Under the pieces are notes generated by a model that saw only the letters and a program-made list of their open reading frames with translations, did no database searches and was not told the origin of the DNA. Position numbers and translations under genes: made by a program. Source: Candidatus Caccoplasma merdavium (lineage in GTDB: Bacteria > Bacteroidota > Bacteroidia > Bacteroidales > UBA11471). From it: a DNA stretch of 64,000 bases. Location of the stretch: contig DVLI01000002.1 in NCBI GenBank assembly GCA_018715595.1, forward strand, positions 6,023-70,022, written 5' to 3'. Positions 60,356 through 64,000 of this stretch are shown piece after piece (the first letter of the stretch is position 1; the number at the start of each line of letters is the position of its first letter).

Positions 60356-60567
60356 GAAAAGCCTCGATAATCTTCGGGGCTTTTTTATGTATATACTTGA
60401 AATGTCTTGCTTTGCGCGACCTGCGACCGGGGGATATAAGAGTTGCGGTCGCTTGTGCCGGAATCGCAAGTTCGTGTCCTTCCGCGTCGTTTGAAATTTG
60501 TTGGAAAGTTCCCGGACATTGGTCCCGGAACTTTTTTATGCCCGAGTTTTGAGAACCTGCAAGGTTT

Positions 60568-60611
60568 CATTCCCGGCATGAGTATAAATCCCATGCCGGG
60601 AATGTTTTTTT
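60568..60611 (+). terminator. perfect 13-bp hairpin plus T7 run (orphan terminator-like element)
   Basis: 'cattcccggcatg agtataaatcc catgccgggaatg ttttttt'. Confidence 0.55.
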
Positions 60612-60776
60612 AATCATTGGTTTATAAATAAATAGTACGGGTAATGCTCCTGTTGACATCGGTGCCCATTGACAGAATCGGTGAGATGTGATTATTCGTC
60701 ACAAAAATGAAATAACTGTTACGGATCGGGGTCGATGAATTAATACTCTTGTCATACCCTTGAAACAGCATGACGA

Positions 60777-60784
60777 TACTTTTG
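60777..60784 (+). promoter_or_regulatory. -7 box TACTTTTG upstream of the SusC-like gene
   Basis: Matches TAnnTTTG, 21 nt before the ATG at 60805. Confidence 0.5.
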
Positions 60785-60804
60785 CCGTACCAAAATATAG
60801 GATT

Positions 60805-63800
60805 ATGTTGTTTACGTTAAAAAGAAAATTTATTTTCCTGTTCAGCTTGGCGGCGATAACAGCCCAAGCACAGACCGTAATCAATGGCAAGGTTGTCGAT
60901 AGGAACAACGAACCGTTGGTGGGCGTGAATGTTTCGGTGAAAGGCTCTGCAACGGCGACCATGACCGATGCCGATGGAACATTCACGCTGTCGAGCAAGA
61001 TTGGCCTTGGAACTGCCGATAAGGTGGTGTTCAGTCTCTTGGGCTATGATCCCGATACGGTATCTTACAGCCCCCGGAAAACCAATTGGGTTGTCGTGTT
61101 GTCCGAGAAAAATGTTGTTCTCGACGATGTCGTGGTGACGGCATTGGGTATAAAACGCAACGAAGTCGGATTGGGATATTCCACCACGAAACTTGAAGCC
61201 GGCGAAATCACACGTTCCATATCGGCCAACTGGTCGCAGGCATTGGTGGGAAAAGTAGCCGGATTGAACGTCAATACATCTGCGGGTCCGCTGGGTTCCA
61301 CGCGTATTTCTTTACGGGGAGATGTTTCATTGAACCAGGGTGGCAACAACGCTTTGATTGTTGTCGATGGTGTCCCGATGAGTGCCCCCATGGTAAATAC
61401 CGGTAATGCGCAAGCGGCTTCGGGTGAAGGTTCGATAGACTTCGGTAATGGATTCTCCGACCTGAATCCCGAAGATATCGAGAGCGTGCAAGTGCTCAAA
61501 GGGGCCAGTGCTACGGCATTGTACGGTTCCCGTGCGGCGAACGGCGTGATAATGGTAACGACCAAAAACGGTAGCGAGCAGGACGACAGGCTCGGTGTTT
61601 CCTTCTCGTCAAACACGAGTATGGAAAATGTGATGATGTGGCCCGATTATCAGTATGAATTCGGGCAGGGGCAGTCGACGAACATCGGCCTCGAAGGTTC
61701 GATTTATGAAGGCCAGCATTACTATTCTTATGGCGATTTTCCCGACGGAACGGTGAGTGGAACGAGCGGGACGAGTAGTGCGTTTGGCCCGCGTCTCGAC
61801 AGCGGATTGTCATTTTACCAGTATGATCCCGAAACACAAGCTCGCGGTGAGAGTCCTACACCTTGGAGGTCATACAAGAATAACCGCAAGGACCTGTTTC
61901 GAGAGGGTTTTACGACGACCAACTCGCTTTCTTTGTCGGGTAAGAATGACCGCGGTTCGGTGAGGGCTTCGGTAACCCACATGAAGAACAACTGGATTCT
62001 TCCCAATACCGGGTTCCAACGCCTCACGGCGACGATTTCTGGGCAGCAACAGATTTCACGCCTGCTGAGTATCAATTACCGGACAAGTTACACCTGGCGC
62101 AAGAGCGACAATCTCCCCACCGTGGGTTATAGTGGTAACGCCATATCTTATTTCCTGGCCTTCCAAAACCCCAGTGTCGACTTGGACTGGTATCGCGACA
62201 TGTGGGTGCGGGGACAGGAGAATGTCACTCAACTGCAACCGTTCAGTAAAAACATTCAGAATCCCTATGTGATACTTTACGAGGCTTTGAACCCCACCGA
62301 AAAACATGCTACGGTGTCGATGTTGTCGGCAAACTTGAAATTGAGCAGCCACTTCGATTTTATGGTGCGTTCGGCTTTGCAACTCGAAAACGATTTGCGC
62401 GAACAGCACCGTCCGGTAAGCGACGTGGTTTTTCCCGATGGATATTTCCGAAAACAGAATGTGTTCAGTTATGAACTCAACAATGATGTCTTGCTGACTT
62501 ATCACAACAGCTTTTTCAATGGAATCACCCTCAATGCCGCTGTCGGTGGAAATATGATGGTGTCGAAACTCGACATGCTGTCGAATGCCGCCAACGGCCT
62601 GATTACTCCGGGTGTTTACAAATTGGCAAATGCTGTTTCGGCCATCGAGTATGACCAGCGGCTTCTCAACAAGCAGGTGAACAGCGTCTATTTCACGGCA
62701 AACATCTCCTATGCCAACAAAATTTTCTTCGATGTGTCGGGACGTAACGACTGGTCGTCGACCCTGCCCAAGAAAAACAATTCATTCTTCTATCCGTCGG
62801 TTTCGATGAGTACGTTGATGAATGAGTGGTTTGAGATGCCCGACGAGATAAATCTCGTGAAGTTGCGCCTCTCCTGGGCCCAGGTGGGTAATGATACCGA
62901 CCCCTACAAGACGTCGCAATATTATGCCACTACAAACTTTCCCGGTTCGGTAAAACTCCCCACGACATTGTTCAATACCGATTTCAAACCCGAAATATCG
63001 ACCAACTATGAGGCCGGTGTCGATTTCAGGGTATTCAACAACCGTCTCGGTGTCGATTTTGCGTACTATTATAACCGCACCAAGAACCAAATCATCGATG
63101 CGCCGATGGACCCGACGACCGGTTACAGCAAGGCTACCATAAATTCGGGTACGGTGCAGAACATGGGTTATGAAATTGAAGTGGAGGCTGTCCCTGTCTT
63201 GACGAGAGATTTCAGTTGGACGTTACGTTTCAACTGGGCGAAAAACAACAATAAGATATTGTCGCTTTCTGAGACGGCCGACGAGAACCAGTTGATACAG
63301 AAAATTGCGCAAGCCTCTATCATAGGCCGTGTGGGCGGTAGTGTGGGCGATATCTGGGGATATAAGTTCAAACGTGCGCCCGACGGGCAAATAATCATTG
63401 ACGAGACGGGTATACCCGTGTTGACCGATGAGATAGAATATGTCGCCAACGCCTATCCTGCATGGAAAGCCGGATTGTATAACGAGTTCAAGTATAAAAA
63501 TTTCACACTTGGAATTTTGATTGACGGGCAATTAGGCGGAAACATATATTCTACCACGGCCCTCCGAATGGGCATCCAGGGCAAGAGCGAAGCCACGTTG
63601 AACGGACGGTTGCCCGGTACCCCTCTTTACATCGCGGCCGATGACCCCCGCATAGCAGGCTCCGATTTCCATCAGATAGGTGGTATGTATGTAATCGCCC
63701 CCGGTGTGGTGGAGAATCCCGATGGCACGTTCAGTCCCAATACCAAACCCGTTACCGCGCAGGTATATTATGGGCAGTATTATGCCGCTGAGAATGTCGA

Positions 63801-64000
63801 AAGCAATACCTACGATGCTTCATTTTTGAAAATCAGAGAGGTGCGCCTTGAATATGCATTTACGAAACACCAGTTGCGCAAAACCCCGTTCAGCAGCTTG
63901 TCCATCGCCTTGTATGGAAGGAACCTCTTCTGTTTTACCGATTTCCCGGTATTCGACCCCGAAATCGCAGCCTTGAACGGCGGGAACATCGTGCCCGGTA
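60805..64000 (+). CDS. SusC/RagA-family TonB-dependent outer-membrane transporter (3' end outside the window)
   Basis: Not in the ORF track because it has no stop in the window. My translation: 'MLFTLKRKFIFLFSLAAITAQAQTVINGKVVDRNNEPLVGVNVSVKG', 'DDVVVTALGIKRNEVGLGYSTTKL', and plug 'DIESVQVLKGASATALYGSRAANGVIMVTTKNG'. The frame is maintained to 'YGRNLFCFTDFPVFDPEIAALNGG' at the window end. Confidence 0.9.
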   Translation, partial: MLFTLKRKFIFLFSLAAITAQAQTVINGKVVDRNNEPLVGVNVSVKGSATATMTDADGTFTLSSKIGLGTADKVVFSLLGYDPDTVSYSPRKTNWVVVLSEKNVVLDDVVVTALGIKRNEVGLGYSTTKLEAGEITRSISANWSQALVGKVAGLNVNTSAGPLGSTRISLRGDVSLNQGGNNALIVVDGVPMSAPMVNTGNAQAASGEGSIDFGNGFSDLNPEDIESVQVLKGASATALYGSRAANGVIMVTTKNGSEQDDRLGVSFSSNTSMENVMMWPDYQYEFGQGQSTNIGLEGSIYEGQHYYSYGDFPDGTVSGTSGTSSAFGPRLDSGLSFYQYDPETQARGESPTPWRSYKNNRKDLFREGFTTTNSLSLSGKNDRGSVRASVTHMKNNWILPNTGFQRLTATISGQQQISRLLSINYRTSYTWRKSDNLPTVGYSGNAISYFLAFQNPSVDLDWYRDMWVRGQENVTQLQPFSKNIQNPYVILYEALNPTEKHATVSMLSANLKLSSHFDFMVRSALQLENDLREQHRPVSDVVFPDGYFRKQNVFSYELNNDVLLTYHNSFFNGITLNAAVGGNMMVSKLDMLSNAANGLITPGVYKLANAVSAIEYDQRLLNKQVNSVYFTANISYANKIFFDVSGRNDWSSTLPKKNNSFFYPSVSMSTLMNEWFEMPDEINLVKLRLSWAQVGNDTDPYKTSQYYATTNFPGSVKLPTTLFNTDFKPEISTNYEAGVDFRVFNNRLGVDFAYYYNRTKNQIIDAPMDPTTGYSKATINSGTVQNMGYEIEVEAVPVLTRDFSWTLRFNWAKNNNKILSLSETADENQLIQKIAQASIIGRVGGSVGDIWGYKFKRAPDGQIIIDETGIPVLTDEIEYVANAYPAWKAGLYNEFKYKNFTLGILIDGQLGGNIYSTTALRMGIQGKSEATLNGRLPGTPLYIAADDPRIAGSDFHQIGGMYVIAPGVVENPDGTFSPNTKPVTAQVYYGQYYAAENVESNTYDASFLKIREVRLEYAFTKHQLRKTPFSSLSIALYGRNLFCFTDFPVFDPEIAALNGGNIVPG

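Overview
The window looks like a GC-rich Bacteroidota (Bacteroidales-like) chromosomal segment. Evidence: TAnnTTTG -7 promoter boxes 20-40 nt upstream of many start codons, a SusC/RagA-type gene, DUF4105 and DUF4919 genes, and an exbB-exbD-tonB cluster. Most of it is core housekeeping: rplM-rpsI, rpsB-tsf, asnS, an RluB-like synthase, slyD, lysS-gpsA, secA, pgi, rplU-rpmA, cvpA-sufBCDS, rimP-nusA-infB, nadK, pdxJ, murF, tRNA-Gly(CCC) and tRNA-Asp(GUC). A tightly packed MurNAc/peptidoglycan-recycling operon occupies 48.5-56.7 kb. The ORF track omits a SusC-like gene that runs off the 3' end because it has no stop codon in the window. The unusual part is 20.1-32.8 kb. It holds seven uninterrupted phage-type ORFs: a large-terminase-like protein, a portal-like protein, an 867-aa beta-rich protein, and a three-gene operon with a Q/N-rich protein and a glycine-zipper/poly-Lys protein. 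I could not recognise a capsid, scaffold, tail-fibre, lysis, integrase or replication gene. These ORFs form two blocks separated by rplU-rpmA, a LMW phosphatase, DUF4919 and a truncated GH29 fucosidase that keeps its promoter. They carry host-type promoters and share terminators with core genes. This could be a scrambled prophage remnant or a retained capsid-less module. The window alone cannot decide. Other points are a low-GC tandem pair of tiny 2-TM proteins, a ~195-aa N/Y/R/G low-complexity arm on the pseudouridine synthase, and a terminator-like hairpin in the rimP-nusA-infB leader. Product calls rest on recognised motifs only, with no database searches. Start codons were trimmed by eye. 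The many long antisense or alternate-frame ORFs in the track are treated as high-GC shadow ORFs.
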